52,713 nucleotides of DNA from an uncultured Actinomycetota bacterium (GCA_964354265.1 CAYGYY010000002.1:1-52713); one strand, 5' to 3'. Positions 29,749-39,668 are shown, counted from the stretch's first letter. The notes: a model not told the origin generated them from the sequence alone. Numbers and translations: made by a program.

Positions 29749-31212
29749 ATGGGCCTTAAAAAATTTACAATACTTCATTCAAATGACATACATGGGGATT
29801 TCCTTGCAGAGGTGAGAGAAGGTAAAGGTAAGCTTATAGGTGGCCTCTCCCTTCTTTCAGGCTACATTAACAGGGTAAGAAAAGAAGAAAAAAATGTCCT
29901 GTATATAATTTCAGGGGATATGGTCCAGGGTTCCCTTATAGACCTTGAATTCAAGGGTGTATCAACTATAGAGATAATGAACTATCTGGCTCCGGATATT
30001 GTCTCAGTTGGAAACCATGAACTGGATTATGGATTGCCGCACCTGCTTTTTCTTGAAAAGATAGCAAACTTCCCGATTGTCAATGCAAACCTTTATATAA
30101 AAAAATACAATAAGAGGGTTATGACACCTTATAAGATAATAAGTAAGGCGGGTTTTGATATACTGTTTACCGGGATAATAACCGAAAAAGTACTGGATTC
30201 CTTAAAACAGGACAGCCTCATAGGAAGTTTCATTTCTCTTGAAGAAGCAAGCCGGGAAGTCGGGAAGATCACGAACGCATATAAAAATGATGATATAGAC
30301 CTCACAATCTTGCTGACCCATATAGGGTTTGATTCAGACATAGAGCTTGCAAAAATGCTTGACCCTGCCTGGGGAGTCGATATGATAATAGGCGGCCACT
30401 CCCATACCATTCTTGAAAAACCTTATGAGGTAAATAATGTACTCATATCCCAGGCAGGTACCGGGACAGACCAGGTAGGAAGATACGATATCATAGTCGA
30501 TGATGACACCAACAGCATCATTGAATACAAATGGCAGCTTATCCAGATAGACGAAAATATTGCTGCGCCTGATATTGAACTCCAGGCCTATATAGATTCA
30601 TTCAGCCTGGTTGTAGACAGGAAATATAATACCATAATATCAAAACTGGCAAAAAAGCATACCCATCCTTTAAGGGAAATCGAGACATCCCTTGGCAATC
30701 TATTTGCAGATGCATTCTCAGAAATAGCGCAATGTGATGTAATGCTGGTTGGCAGCGGTTCAATAAGGGTAAAGGAACTTGGGCCACTTGTGACTTTAAA
30801 GGATTTTATGAGCTGTTTTCCATATGATGATTCCTTAAACAGGTTTACAGTCAATGGAAAAAAGCTTAAAAAGATCTTTACACACTTTATGAGGAAAGAA
30901 AACCGCAATGGGGAGGGTGAGTGCTACCAGGTAAACAGCGCCGTACAAGCCGTTTACAATGACACAGGCGGCAAACTTGAAAAACTTGAAATAAATGGTA
31001 AAGATGCTATTGAGGACCAGATGTATACCATATGCATGCAGGGTTATCATTTAAACAACAGTTCAACATACCTGAATATCTCAAATGAAGAGCTTATTGA
31101 GGAAAAAAACCACAAAGTGATTTCTACTTCTGCACAGGAAGTCCTTGAAGAATATCTCAGGGACAACCAGAACATCAGCAAGGAAGTAGAGGGCCGGCTG
31201 GTTTACGTTTGA
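29749..31212 (+). CDS. Bifunctional metallophosphatase/5'-nucleotidase (UshA/YfkN-like), no signal peptide
   Basis: ILHSNDIHGD, GDMVQGS, GNHELDYG and GGHSHT, plus a 5'-nucleotidase C-terminal domain. Confidence 0.88.
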   Translation: MGLKKFTILHSNDIHGDFLAEVREGKGKLIGGLSLLSGYINRVRKEEKNVLYIISGDMVQGSLIDLEFKGVSTIEIMNYLAPDIVSVGNHELDYGLPHLLFLEKIANFPIVNANLYIKKYNKRVMTPYKIISKAGFDILFTGIITEKVLDSLKQDSLIGSFISLEEASREVGKITNAYKNDDIDLTILLTHIGFDSDIELAKMLDPAWGVDMIIGGHSHTILEKPYEVNNVLISQAGTGTDQVGRYDIIVDDDTNSIIEYKWQLIQIDENIAAPDIELQAYIDSFSLVVDRKYNTIISKLAKKHTHPLREIETSLGNLFADAFSEIAQCDVMLVGSGSIRVKELGPLVTLKDFMSCFPYDDSLNRFTVNGKKLKKIFTHFMRKENRNGEGECYQVNSAVQAVYNDTGGKLEKLEINGKDAIEDQMYTICMQGYHLNNSSTYLNISNEELIEEKNHKVISTSAQEVLEEYLRDNQNISKEVEGRLVYV

Positions 31213-31469
31213 AATGCTTTCCAGCCAGATGAATATTTTATGTGCTGATTTGATTCCTGGAATATTATTTTTCTGCAATCCTATCTATAAAAGCTATTAA
31301 AAAATATAGAATAACTATAACCACGCACGGATTTTAATCTTTTTTCTAAATTTTTTCCTTTTTTACTAAAGTTTGGATTATAAACATTCGATATAATATG
31401 TATATTTGTATTAATATAAGTTTATATTTATAAATTATTATATATATCTAAATTTTTTTTATAAAAATA

Positions 31470-31498
31470 TTGACAAATTAATAAATATTAGTAATAAT
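31470..31498 (+). promoter_or_regulatory. Candidate sigma-70 promoter of the tad operon (TTGACA-16/17-TAATAAT)
   Basis: It lies in the 370-nt very AT-rich spacer upstream of the HTH gene. An 11-nt direct repeat AATAAATATTA (31480 and 31502) overlaps and follows it. Confidence 0.3.
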
Positions 31499-31582
31499 AC
31501 AAATAAATATTAAAGTATATATATAAATCTATATATTTAACAAAAGAAGTCTTAATGTTTTATTTTTTAAATATCTTAAAAT

Positions 31583-31807
31583 ATGAATCCGGAGAACCAA
31601 ATGGACAATTTTTACAAAGTGAGTGAAGTTGCAAAAATTTTTAAAGTCAAGCCGATAACTATAAGGAAATGGTGCCAGTCCGGAAATATAAGCGCAAAGA
31701 AGTTTGGAAAAAGTTGGTATATTTTTAAAGACGATCTTTCAGAAATGATAAATTCATCCAAAAAAAGCAGCAGGGAAGGAAGTCTTTTAAAAGAAGAGTA
31801 TATGTGA
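31583..31807 (+). CDS. Excisionase/MerR-type helix-turn-helix DNA-binding protein
   Basis: YKVSEVAKIFKVKPITIRKWCQSGNISAKKFGKSWYIFKDDL matches the HTH_17/excisionase pattern. It ends 12 nt before the flp start. Confidence 0.8.
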   Translation: MNPENQMDNFYKVSEVAKIFKVKPITIRKWCQSGNISAKKFGKSWYIFKDDLSEMINSSKKSSREGSLLKEEYM

Positions 31808-31819
31808 GGAGGTGACAGA

Positions 31820-32011
31820 ATGAAGAAATTCTTGAGCAAGGTGGTATTTTATCTTACCCAGAAAGAAAGAGGCGCAACAGCAGTAGAGTACGCATTAATT
31901 GTGGCACTGGTCGCGCTCGCAATAGTAGTAGGGGTAACAGCACTTGGCGGAGGATTGAATACAGCATTCACAAATATTGCAGCTCAGGTATCTGGAGCTT
32001 TTGGTGGCTAG
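31820..32011 (+). CDS. flp: Flp family type IVb prepilin
   Basis: 63 aa with a GGAGG SD. The Flp motif ERG|ATAVEYALIVALVALAIVV predicts cleavage after G18, giving a 45-aa mature pilin. Confidence 0.9.
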   Translation: MKKFLSKVVFYLTQKERGATAVEYALIVALVALAIVVGVTALGGGLNTAFTNIAAQVSGAFGG

Positions 32012-32028
32012 TATGCTAATAGATCCTA

Positions 32029-32115
32029 TGCACGGGATTAGATAGCGATATCTGGTGATACTTTGACAGTGTCACCAGATATCATGTACTAATAAAAAAA
32101 ATATAGATCCGTGCA
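32029..32115 (+). other. Nested RNA stem-loop in the flp-tadE spacer
   Basis: The inner hairpin at 32047-32083 has a 15-bp stem (GATATCTGGTGATAC/GTGTCACCAGATATC, one G-U pair) and a 7-nt loop. The outer stem pairs TGCACGG(G)AT at 32029-32038 with ATCCGTGCA at 32107-32115. No T-run follows directly. Confidence 0.5.
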
Positions 32116-32172
32116 AAAAACCATTATTTTTGTAGAAAAATTCTCTTAAAAATATTTAATTTAAAATTTAAA

Positions 32173-32643
32173 ATGAAGATTTTATTTAACTTACATTCTT
32201 CGAAACAAAATTCAACAAGCAAACCATACAGTAATCCAGGCAGGCTTTTTAAAAGGCCTTTACTCGGGCAACAGTTTTCAATTCAAAGACAGGGCGGCGC
32301 AGCAGCTGTTGAATTTGCTCTGGTCTTTCCTTTTCTGGTGATGGTACTGTTTGGAATTTTTCAATTCGGCATAGCATATAATAACTGGATAGCCTTAACA
32401 CATGCTGCACGTGAGGGAGCAAGGCTTGCTGCAGTCGGGGAATTTGAGGAACAAAGAGTACTGGATTCTGCTCCAAGCGTAAATATAACAAGCGTAAATG
32501 CAAGTGGTATTGGTGGAGATATCGGCGAACCCGTAACTGTCACAGTAAGAGGCGATGTGCTTGATATCCAGATTCCCTTTATTGGTCACTGGCCGGTACA
32601 ACTTGAGAGCACTGCAACAATGCGGCTGGAAACATCTGACTGA
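32173..32643 (+). CDS. tadE: TadE-like pseudopilin
   Basis: The TadE motif GGAAAVEFALVFPFLVMVLFGIFQFG is preceded by an unusually long leader of ~42 aa. There is no alternative in-frame start closer to the motif. Confidence 0.8.
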   Translation: MKILFNLHSSKQNSTSKPYSNPGRLFKRPLLGQQFSIQRQGGAAAVEFALVFPFLVMVLFGIFQFGIAYNNWIALTHAAREGARLAAVGEFEEQRVLDSAPSVNITSVNASGIGGDIGEPVTVTVRGDVLDIQIPFIGHWPVQLESTATMRLETSD

Positions 32644-32734
32644 TTATCGGGCCAGTTAATGATTTTTTCCGGCACTTCTATGCCCCAATATGCATACATG
32701 CCATATAGAATAAAAATAAGAAAATTTTCAGCAA

Positions 32735-33703
32735 ATGATTAAAAAGCTATTTAAAAGATTTTCTTCTCAAAACGGTCAGGCTGCTATCATTATCGGGTTG
32801 ATGATAGCAACACTTATAGGGGCCGTCACTTATGTAGTAGACGTAGGCTCCATTTACGAAGCCAGGCGGACATATCAGACGATTGCAGACTCTTCGGCTC
32901 TTTCAGGAATACAGGAACTCCCGGAAAATCCCTCAAGGGCAATACAATCCGCTATTGACTATGCAGCAATGCAAGGGGTTTCCTTAGATTCTTCAGACAT
33001 TACCATAAGCTCCACTTTTGTTGCAGATGACACCATCACTGTGACAGCATCAAATCCGCAAAAACAGCTGTTTTTTGGCTGGGTCTTCGGACGAAATGAC
33101 ACTCCGGTAGGGGCAGATGCAACTGCGATGGTGGGCATGCCTGCAGAGTTTCTGGGAGTGGTACCATGGGGGGTTCCTGAAGAGGAATGGACCCCTGGTG
33201 GTAATTACACATTAAAATGTGGTCCTCCTGGTCAAGGAGGTGGGGCGCAAACAGGAAATTTCCAGGCTCTTGCTATAGGGGGGACCGGTGCTAGCAATTA
33301 TGAAGAGAACTGTGCCACCGGTGCTGATATCCCTCTTCACATTGGAGATGTTGTAGATACTGAGCCCGGAAATATGAAAGGACCGACTATTGATGGGACC
33401 GAAACCAGAATTTATGACTATGAGGATTATAATTTCAATACTTTTGGAGAACTTACAGAATCAGTTGATGGCGGTTATGCTTTAAAGAGAAATGACAGCC
33501 AGTTTGTAATTTGCCCTATAATACCTGAACTACCAGCAGGAAGAGATGAAGTAGAGCTTATTAAATTTGTACCGTTCATAATCACTCAAATCACAGGTTC
33601 GGAAGTTATCGGCACATTCCTTAATAAAGCTATTATCAAGTACGATGGAGAAATGGTGGGCATCGATGATTCAGGCATCAGGGTCATCAGGTTGATACAT
33701 TAG
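32735..33703 (+). CDS. tadG: TadG-like (Tad_N) pilus assembly protein, no vWA domain
   Basis: The N-terminus NGQAAIIIGLMIATLIGAVTYVVDVGSIYEARR...ADSSALSG is typical of the TadG N-terminal domain. The C-terminal part carries GNFQALAIGGTGASNYE and TEPGNMKGPT. Confidence 0.75.
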   Translation: MIKKLFKRFSSQNGQAAIIIGLMIATLIGAVTYVVDVGSIYEARRTYQTIADSSALSGIQELPENPSRAIQSAIDYAAMQGVSLDSSDITISSTFVADDTITVTASNPQKQLFFGWVFGRNDTPVGADATAMVGMPAEFLGVVPWGVPEEEWTPGGNYTLKCGPPGQGGGAQTGNFQALAIGGTGASNYEENCATGADIPLHIGDVVDTEPGNMKGPTIDGTETRIYDYEDYNFNTFGELTESVDGGYALKRNDSQFVICPIIPELPAGRDEVELIKFVPFIITQITGSEVIGTFLNKAIIKYDGEMVGIDDSGIRVIRLIH

Positions 33704-33987
33704 TAAATCGAAGAGTTTTTATTTGATTATATAAGCTGATCATGAAATGGACAAATATGTTCAAAAATCTGCTAATAAAAATCTGGCTGCTACTGAATTT
33801 ATATAACATACAGATTAAAAATACGGATGAAGTTCAAAAAACCCCAAATTAAGTACAAAAAAACTCTAAAATTATAAAAAATATTCTAAACAATTTTAGA
33901 AACTTACCGATATATATTAATAGAATAATTTAAATAATAAATTATAAATTATTTTATTTAGAAAATTGTTTTTAAAGGCGGTATTTT

Positions 33988-34926
33988 ATGAAGATAAGAA
34001 TAGTATTACTGCTTCTGGCAATTATTTTCGGGGTTGCAGCAGTTTTTGGAGTGATGATATATCTAAATAACGTCAGGTCTTCAGTTGAAAAAGAGGGAGA
34101 GCTTGTAAGTGTGCTTGTTGCAGCAGAAATAATTCCCAAAGAGATATCTGTTGAGGATATGATTGAAAGAGAACTGGTGAAAGTCAGCCAGCTTCCAAAA
34201 AAGTATATTGTCGAAGGCGTGATTAACTCTTTTGATGAATATAAGGGTTATGTTGCTTTTACTCAGATAAATAAGGGAGAACAAATTACACCTTCAAAGC
34301 TAATAAAGCTTGAAGATATTAAAATGTCTTTTACTGTACCGGAGGGGATGATGGCAGTTTCAGTGCCATATGATGAAATAAGGGGGGTAGCTGTTTCGAT
34401 AAAACCGGGAGACAAGGTCAATATTATCGCGACTTTTGAGCCAAAAACAGAAGATGTAATTATTCTTACCAAGGAAATGATAATGGCGATGCTTGTCGAA
34501 GGTGGCCCTGAGCAGCAAACCGGGCAGGTCGATGAAATGGGGCAGGTAACACAGGGTTTCAGTTTTGTCCCTCTTGGTGAGACATCTGCCAAAGTTGATA
34601 AGATCCTTGATGGAAAGGAATATATAGTTTATCCCCAGACAAAAATCCTGTTATGGAACATAGAAGTATTAAGTGTCAGGTCCCAGGTGGAAGCTGCTGT
34701 AGCAAAAAAGGAGCCAGAGGATGGTACATTAAATTCAAATAAAGATAAGGCTGAGGAAATCGATAAAAATACAGTAGTTCTTGCAGTCACACCTGAACAG
34801 GCTGAAAAGCTGGTATTTGCAGAGGAACTTGGAAAAGCATGGTTTGCGCTTGTTCCTGCAAGCGGCATGAAAGAAGAAGATACGCCTGGAAGGACTTACT
34901 TGAATATAATCGACGAGGAGAAATAA
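33988..34926 (+). CDS. cpaB: Flp pilus assembly protein CpaB/RcpC
   Basis: It has an N-terminal TM, a SAF-like segment (GEQITPSKL) and MMAVSVPYDEIRGVAVSIKPGDKVNII. The C-terminus carries VVLAVTPEQAEKLVFAEELG. Confidence 0.85.
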   Translation: MKIRIVLLLLAIIFGVAAVFGVMIYLNNVRSSVEKEGELVSVLVAAEIIPKEISVEDMIERELVKVSQLPKKYIVEGVINSFDEYKGYVAFTQINKGEQITPSKLIKLEDIKMSFTVPEGMMAVSVPYDEIRGVAVSIKPGDKVNIIATFEPKTEDVIILTKEMIMAMLVEGGPEQQTGQVDEMGQVTQGFSFVPLGETSAKVDKILDGKEYIVYPQTKILLWNIEVLSVRSQVEAAVAKKEPEDGTLNSNKDKAEEIDKNTVVLAVTPEQAEKLVFAEELGKAWFALVPASGMKEEDTPGRTYLNIIDEEK

Positions 34927-35029
34927 TTGGACAGGAATTGCACTTTTAAGTGCCGGTAATTAAATGACATGCAAAGATTTTTATTAACAATTTTAATCAT
35001 TTTTAAGCTGTAAAATTATAGAGGTTTTA

Positions 35030-36178
35030 ATGAAAAAAATACCCGTTGTAATAATTGATAAAGATGAGAAGAATATCGAAAAGACTCTTGCCCTTCTTGA
35101 AATATTTCCGGATATTGGCGCAACAAAATTCAGTAATGATATTTATGACCTTGAAATGGTCCTGGTGAAAAAGATCCCCACTGTTGTAATAATAGGTCCC
35201 AATTATGTCCTGAGTGACCTGCAGGAATTACTGGTCCATTACAGCAATTCTTTAAATGCTATCAAGATAATCCTGCTGTCTAAAAGCATTTCTGCTGAAC
35301 TTTTAAAATCGGCCCTTAAACTTAATATCCATGATTTAATAGAATACCCGTTCCAGGAAAAAGATCTCCGGGATTCATTTAAGAGGGCTGAATATATTTT
35401 TACAGACAATGCCGGGCAGGAATCAAAAGAAATATCTGAGTGCGAACGAATAATGTTTTTCAGCACAAAAGGCGGAGCAGGCAATACTTTCCTTGCAATA
35501 AATTTTGCAATAGCGCTTAAAGCTAAAACAAATAAAGAAGTGGTTTTATATGACATGAACTTCCAGTTTGGAGATGTTGCGCTGATGCTGAACATATATC
35601 CAAAAAATACTATTTTTGACCTGGTGGCAATAAACAAATATGATCCGGAAAACTTGAGTATTTTACTGACACAGCATAGCTCGGGTATAAAAATCCTGCC
35701 CTCCCCGATAGACCCCTCTCAGGGTGAATCTATAAGCATTGATTCTTCATTGAAGATTTTTGATAGCCTGACCTGCGTTTGTGATTATGTTGTAATAGAT
35801 GCGCCCTTCGGGTTCAAAGATAATGTCTTATCCGTAATGGATAAGATAGATTATATGTTCCTGGTTGCTACAAAAGATGTGCCCAGTATTAAAAACCTGA
35901 AGATCTGCCTGCAGCTGCTGGAAAGGCTTTCATATCCGAAGGAAAGAACATATGTAATTTTGAACCGCGCAGACAGCAGGGTGGATTTTGAAGTTGATGA
36001 GATAGAAAAGACAATACAGCGAAAAATCGATATACATATCCCCGGAGACAAACTTATTCCTATAAGTATAAATAAGGGTGTTCCGATAATCACCAGCTCA
36101 CCAAAGTCTCCAGTTGGGACTAGTATTTCTAAGATGTTGGATGTGGTCATTCCTAAGAAGGAAAAAGTAAAGATTTGA
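35030..36178 (+). CDS. tadZ: TadZ/CpaE: atypical receiver domain fused to ParA/MinD-like ATPase
   Basis: The receiver-like N-terminus lacks the phospho-acceptor Asp (VVIIGPNY) and the conserved Lys (IEYPF). The ParA-like half has the deviant P-loop KGGAGNT (aa 147-153). Confidence 0.85.
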   Translation: MKKIPVVIIDKDEKNIEKTLALLEIFPDIGATKFSNDIYDLEMVLVKKIPTVVIIGPNYVLSDLQELLVHYSNSLNAIKIILLSKSISAELLKSALKLNIHDLIEYPFQEKDLRDSFKRAEYIFTDNAGQESKEISECERIMFFSTKGGAGNTFLAINFAIALKAKTNKEVVLYDMNFQFGDVALMLNIYPKNTIFDLVAINKYDPENLSILLTQHSSGIKILPSPIDPSQGESISIDSSLKIFDSLTCVCDYVVIDAPFGFKDNVLSVMDKIDYMFLVATKDVPSIKNLKICLQLLERLSYPKERTYVILNRADSRVDFEVDEIEKTIQRKIDIHIPGDKLIPISINKGVPIITSSPKSPVGTSISKMLDVVIPKKEKVKI

Positions 36179-36206
36179 TAAATACTTAATAATAAAGGAT
36201 GAGATT

Positions 36207-37562
36207 ATGGGACTTCAGGAAAAGATACGGAACCTGCAGGAGATTGAAAATAAATTATCGCCTACCAGCGGGGAAACCCTTTCTCTTCGCGCAAAACGGA
36301 TAGAGGATATAAAAAGAGACGTACACCACAGGCTGGTTGAAGAGCTTTCAGACGTGATTTTCAGGAAAAATATCAGTGATTCCGAATTGAAATCCAAGGT
36401 ATCTGCCAGTACGCAGAAAATGGTGTTCGAAACTGATTTTCCACTTACTCATGAAGAAAGAAACAAAATAATAACAGAAATAATCGATAACATCGTAGGT
36501 TATGGACCTATAGAGGAATTCTTAAGGGATAAAGAAGTTACAGAAATAATGGTTAATAATCCCTCTACGATATTTGTTGAAAAATTCGGCAAGATCCATA
36601 TGACTTCCAAGTCTTTCATAGATGAAAACCATCTAATGAGGATAATAGATAAAATAGTCTCAAAGATAGGTCGAAGGGTCGATGAGGCATCGCCTTATGT
36701 AGACGCAAGGTTGCCGGATGGTTCAAGAGTAAATATAATCATAGGACCTCTGGCACTGAATGGACCGGTAATGACTATAAGGAAATTTTCTGCCGAACCT
36801 TTCACAACAGAGGATCTTATCCAGATGGGGACATTTTCAAGAAAACTTTCAGATTTTATTAAGGCTTGTGTCAAAGGAAGGGTAAATATACTTATTTCAG
36901 GAGGTACAGGAACTGGTAAAACGACCTTATTAAATGTAGTTTCCTCCTTTCTCCCGGACGATGAGAGAATAATAACTATTGAAGATGCCGCTGAACTCCA
37001 GCTCGATCAGTCCCATGTCATAAGGCTTGAATCAAGGCCTCCAAACATAGAAGGTAAAGGGGCTGTAATAATTCGGGACCTTGTCAGGAATGCCCTGAGG
37101 ATGAGACCCGACAGAATAGTGGTCGGTGAAGTAAGGGGTGGAGAGGCGCTTGACATGCTCCAGGCAATGAATACCGGTCATGACGGAAGCTTAAGTACGG
37201 TGCACGCTAACTCACCCAGGGATGTTCTATCCAGGCTTGAAACAATGGTTTTAATGGCAGGAGTAGACCTTCCGGTAAGGGCAATAAGGGAACAGATTTC
37301 TTCAGCAATAAACCTTATTGTTCACATGAGCAGGCTAAAAGACGGTACCAGGAAGATTATTAAAGTCACTGAAGTTCAGGGAATGGAAGGCGAAATAATA
37401 ACCCTGCAGGATATCTTTGTATTCGATTATTCAGCAGGTATGGACGATAAGGGAAATTATATAGGAACGATAAAATCTACGGGACTGAGGCCAAAATTTC
37501 TGGCAAGGCTGCATGATTACGGTGTTGAAGTGCCAAACACTATTTTTATGGAAGAAACATAA
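36207..37562 (+). CDS. tadA: CpaF/TadA secretion ATPase
   Basis: Walker [10 protein letters not shown], Asp box [10 protein letters not shown], Walker [13 protein letters not shown] and His box [13 protein letters not shown]. Confidence 0.95.
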   Translation: MGLQEKIRNLQEIENKLSPTSGETLSLRAKRIEDIKRDVHHRLVEELSDVIFRKNISDSELKSKVSASTQKMVFETDFPLTHEERNKIITEIIDNIVGYGPIEEFLRDKEVTEIMVNNPSTIFVEKFGKIHMTSKSFIDENHLMRIIDKIVSKIGRRVDEASPYVDARLPDGSRVNIIIGPLALNGPVMTIRKFSAEPFTTEDLIQMGTFSRKLSDFIKACVKGRVNILISGGTGTGKTTLLNVVSSFLPDDERIITIEDAAELQLDQSHVIRLESRPPNIEGKGAVIIRDLVRNALRMRPDRIVVGEVRGGEALDMLQAMNTGHDGSLSTVHANSPRDVLSRLETMVLMAGVDLPVRAIREQISSAINLIVHMSRLKDGTRKIIKVTEVQGMEGEIITLQDIFVFDYSAGMDDKGNYIGTIKSTGLRPKFLARLHDYGVEVPNTIFMEET

Positions 37563-37586
37563 AATTTTATGGAAAAAAACTAAAAT

Positions 37587-39644
37587 ATGAAGAACAATAT
37601 AAATAAAGACAGCTTAAAAAACAATATAAATACCCTGGCAATTTTGTTGCTTATTTGCATCACAGTTCCTTTTCTTGCTTTTTTATCACCTGGCACTATT
37701 TGGGCAGAACCTGAAGAATCCCAGACCCAGGTGCAGGATTTCGAAGAAGGGCCAATAGTATCAGAATCTGGAGAAACAATAATAAAAGAGGTAGATGCAG
37801 CAGGTTTTCCGAATATAAGTATGTATATAAGTTTCAGTGAAGATTCAGAGATAGGGGTCCAGGAACTTGGAAGAGAAAACTTCATTATTACTGAAAACGG
37901 AAAAAATATTGAGAATTTTGAAATAAAGAAAATAGGAGAAATAAGTGAACCCATGGGGATAGCCCTGGCTGTGGATGCAAGCGGGAGCATGCAGGGCAAT
38001 CCGATAGAAGATGCAAAAAGCGCATCGAGAGTATTTATTGATGCAATGAGGGATATAGACAAGATAACAGTTGTCGGCTTTTCCGATACTGCAACGCTAT
38101 ACTCGAGTTTTACATCTGATAAGCAAAGACTGGAAAATGCTGTAGCTGGCATAGTTGCCAATGGTGAAACCGCATTATTCGACGGCATAATAAAAGGTAT
38201 TGAACAGTTTAATAATTTTAAAGACCTGAAACATAAATATCTGGTAGTGCTTTCAGATGGTGCGGATACTGTGAGCACTAAAACCGCAGTAGACTGTATC
38301 AACAAAGCCAGTTCTGCTGGAATAACAGTATATTCAATAGCTCTTTTATCAAACGAATTTAATCCACGGGACCTGGAGCATATCGCTTTAAGTACAAATG
38401 GGGAGCTTTTAAAAACTGCTGATTCAAATGAACTGATAGGCCTATATTCAAGTATTTCCGAAAAAATAAGAAACCAGTATAAAATAACCTACAGGAGCAG
38501 TGCTGCGACTGTTGAAAAAATCTCATCCTTAATATCTATAAGCGCAGGTGGATATAATGATTCGATAGAGATAAGTTATGAAAATCCTTTTGTAACCCTC
38601 TCCGGCAACGGTGTCATATCAAAATCCCAGTCTTCTCTTTCCATGACAAAAATCTCAATTTTGAATCTATGGTGGATGAGGCTTCTGATATATATACTGA
38701 TTTTTGCCAGCGTCACTCTTTTTATTTATATAATCTCTACGGTAATGATACCGGGTAAACCAAGTTTAAAAGGCAGGATGGATTACTATCTTTATAATGC
38801 ATCCGATATTACAGCAGAAAGTGAAACTGGAGAAAAAAAGAAAACAGGGTTCTTCTCAAGGTTTTCAAAAGCAACAAATAAAGCATCAGGAAATGCAAGA
38901 TACGGGGAGCTTTTTGACCTTAAGCTTAGAAGAGCAGGAATGAATATTTCCGGGACCAAATTTGTTACCATGCATATGGTTGCTGTGGTTGTCGTTACAG
39001 CAGCAGTGTTTATTTTGACTAAGAATTTTTTAGTGACACTGGCAGTCGTTGTTTTTATAATCTTTATACCGTTCTTACTTATAAACTTTAAAACCAACCA
39101 AAGGATAAAAAAATTCAATGAGCAGCTCCCTGATACTCTGCAGCTTGTAGAAGGAGCGCTAAAAGCAGGATACAGCCTCAACCAGTCCCTGGTAATGGTG
39201 ATAAATGAAACAAAACCCCCGATTTCTGAAGAATTCAGGATAACCTTGAATGAGATAAGAATGGGCATTTCAGAAAAAGCGGCACTTGAAAATATGGCTA
39301 AGAGAATAAACAGTGAATTATTTGACTGGGTCATTCTTGCAGTCAATATCCAGCGGGAAGTTGGAGGCAATCTTGCTGAGATTATGGATATTATTGCCAA
39401 TACAATAAGGGAGAAAGAAAGAGTATTAAGGCAGATAAAGGCACTTACAGCCGAAGGAAAACTTTCAGCATATGTTTTGATAGGTCTGCCCATTATCCTG
39501 GGAATCGCGCTATCGATTCTTAACAAGGCATACATCAGCGTCTTGTTTTCGACAAAAATAGGTTTTATGATGCTCGCTCTTGCTGCAATCCTGATGATTA
39601 TAGGAATAGTCTGGATTTTAAGGATAGTAAAAATTGACTATTAA
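37587..39644 (+). CDS. tadB: vWA-domain / TadB (T2SS-F platform) fusion protein
   Basis: 685 aa. It has a signal/anchor ending TIWA|EPEE and a vWA domain with MIDAS residues (DASGS, GETALFDG, LSDGAD). A TM spans aa ~357-387. The TadB-like T2SSF domain carries LPDTLQLVEGALKAGYSL and three further TMs. Confidence 0.85.
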   Translation: MKNNINKDSLKNNINTLAILLLICITVPFLAFLSPGTIWAEPEESQTQVQDFEEGPIVSESGETIIKEVDAAGFPNISMYISFSEDSEIGVQELGRENFIITENGKNIENFEIKKIGEISEPMGIALAVDASGSMQGNPIEDAKSASRVFIDAMRDIDKITVVGFSDTATLYSSFTSDKQRLENAVAGIVANGETALFDGIIKGIEQFNNFKDLKHKYLVVLSDGADTVSTKTAVDCINKASSAGITVYSIALLSNEFNPRDLEHIALSTNGELLKTADSNELIGLYSSISEKIRNQYKITYRSSAATVEKISSLISISAGGYNDSIEISYENPFVTLSGNGVISKSQSSLSMTKISILNLWWMRLLIYILIFASVTLFIYIISTVMIPGKPSLKGRMDYYLYNASDITAESETGEKKKTGFFSRFSKATNKASGNARYGELFDLKLRRAGMNISGTKFVTMHMVAVVVVTAAVFILTKNFLVTLAVVVFIIFIPFLLINFKTNQRIKKFNEQLPDTLQLVEGALKAGYSLNQSLVMVINETKPPISEEFRITLNEIRMGISEKAALENMAKRINSELFDWVILAVNIQREVGGNLAEIMDIIANTIREKERVLRQIKALTAEGKLSAYVLIGLPIILGIALSILNKAYISVLFSTKIGFMMLALAAILMIIGIVWILRIVKIDY

Positions 39645-39668
39645 TTATTTAGAAAGGATCATGGCGAT

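Noticed and set aside
31213-31807. The excisionase-type HTH and AT-rich spacer as evidence of an integrated mobile element or prophage boundary.
   Set aside because: No integrase, recombinase, tRNA target or flanking direct repeats are visible anywhere in the window. The HTH is better explained as an operon regulator.
37580-39535. Long minus-strand ORFs (241 aa at 37580-38305 and 247 aa at 38792-39535) antisense to the vWA-tadB gene.
   Set aside because: Their translations are low-complexity, Ser/Ile/Phe-rich, and have no motifs. They lie entirely inside a plus-strand gene with strong domain signatures, so they are typical shadow ORFs of low-GC coding DNA.
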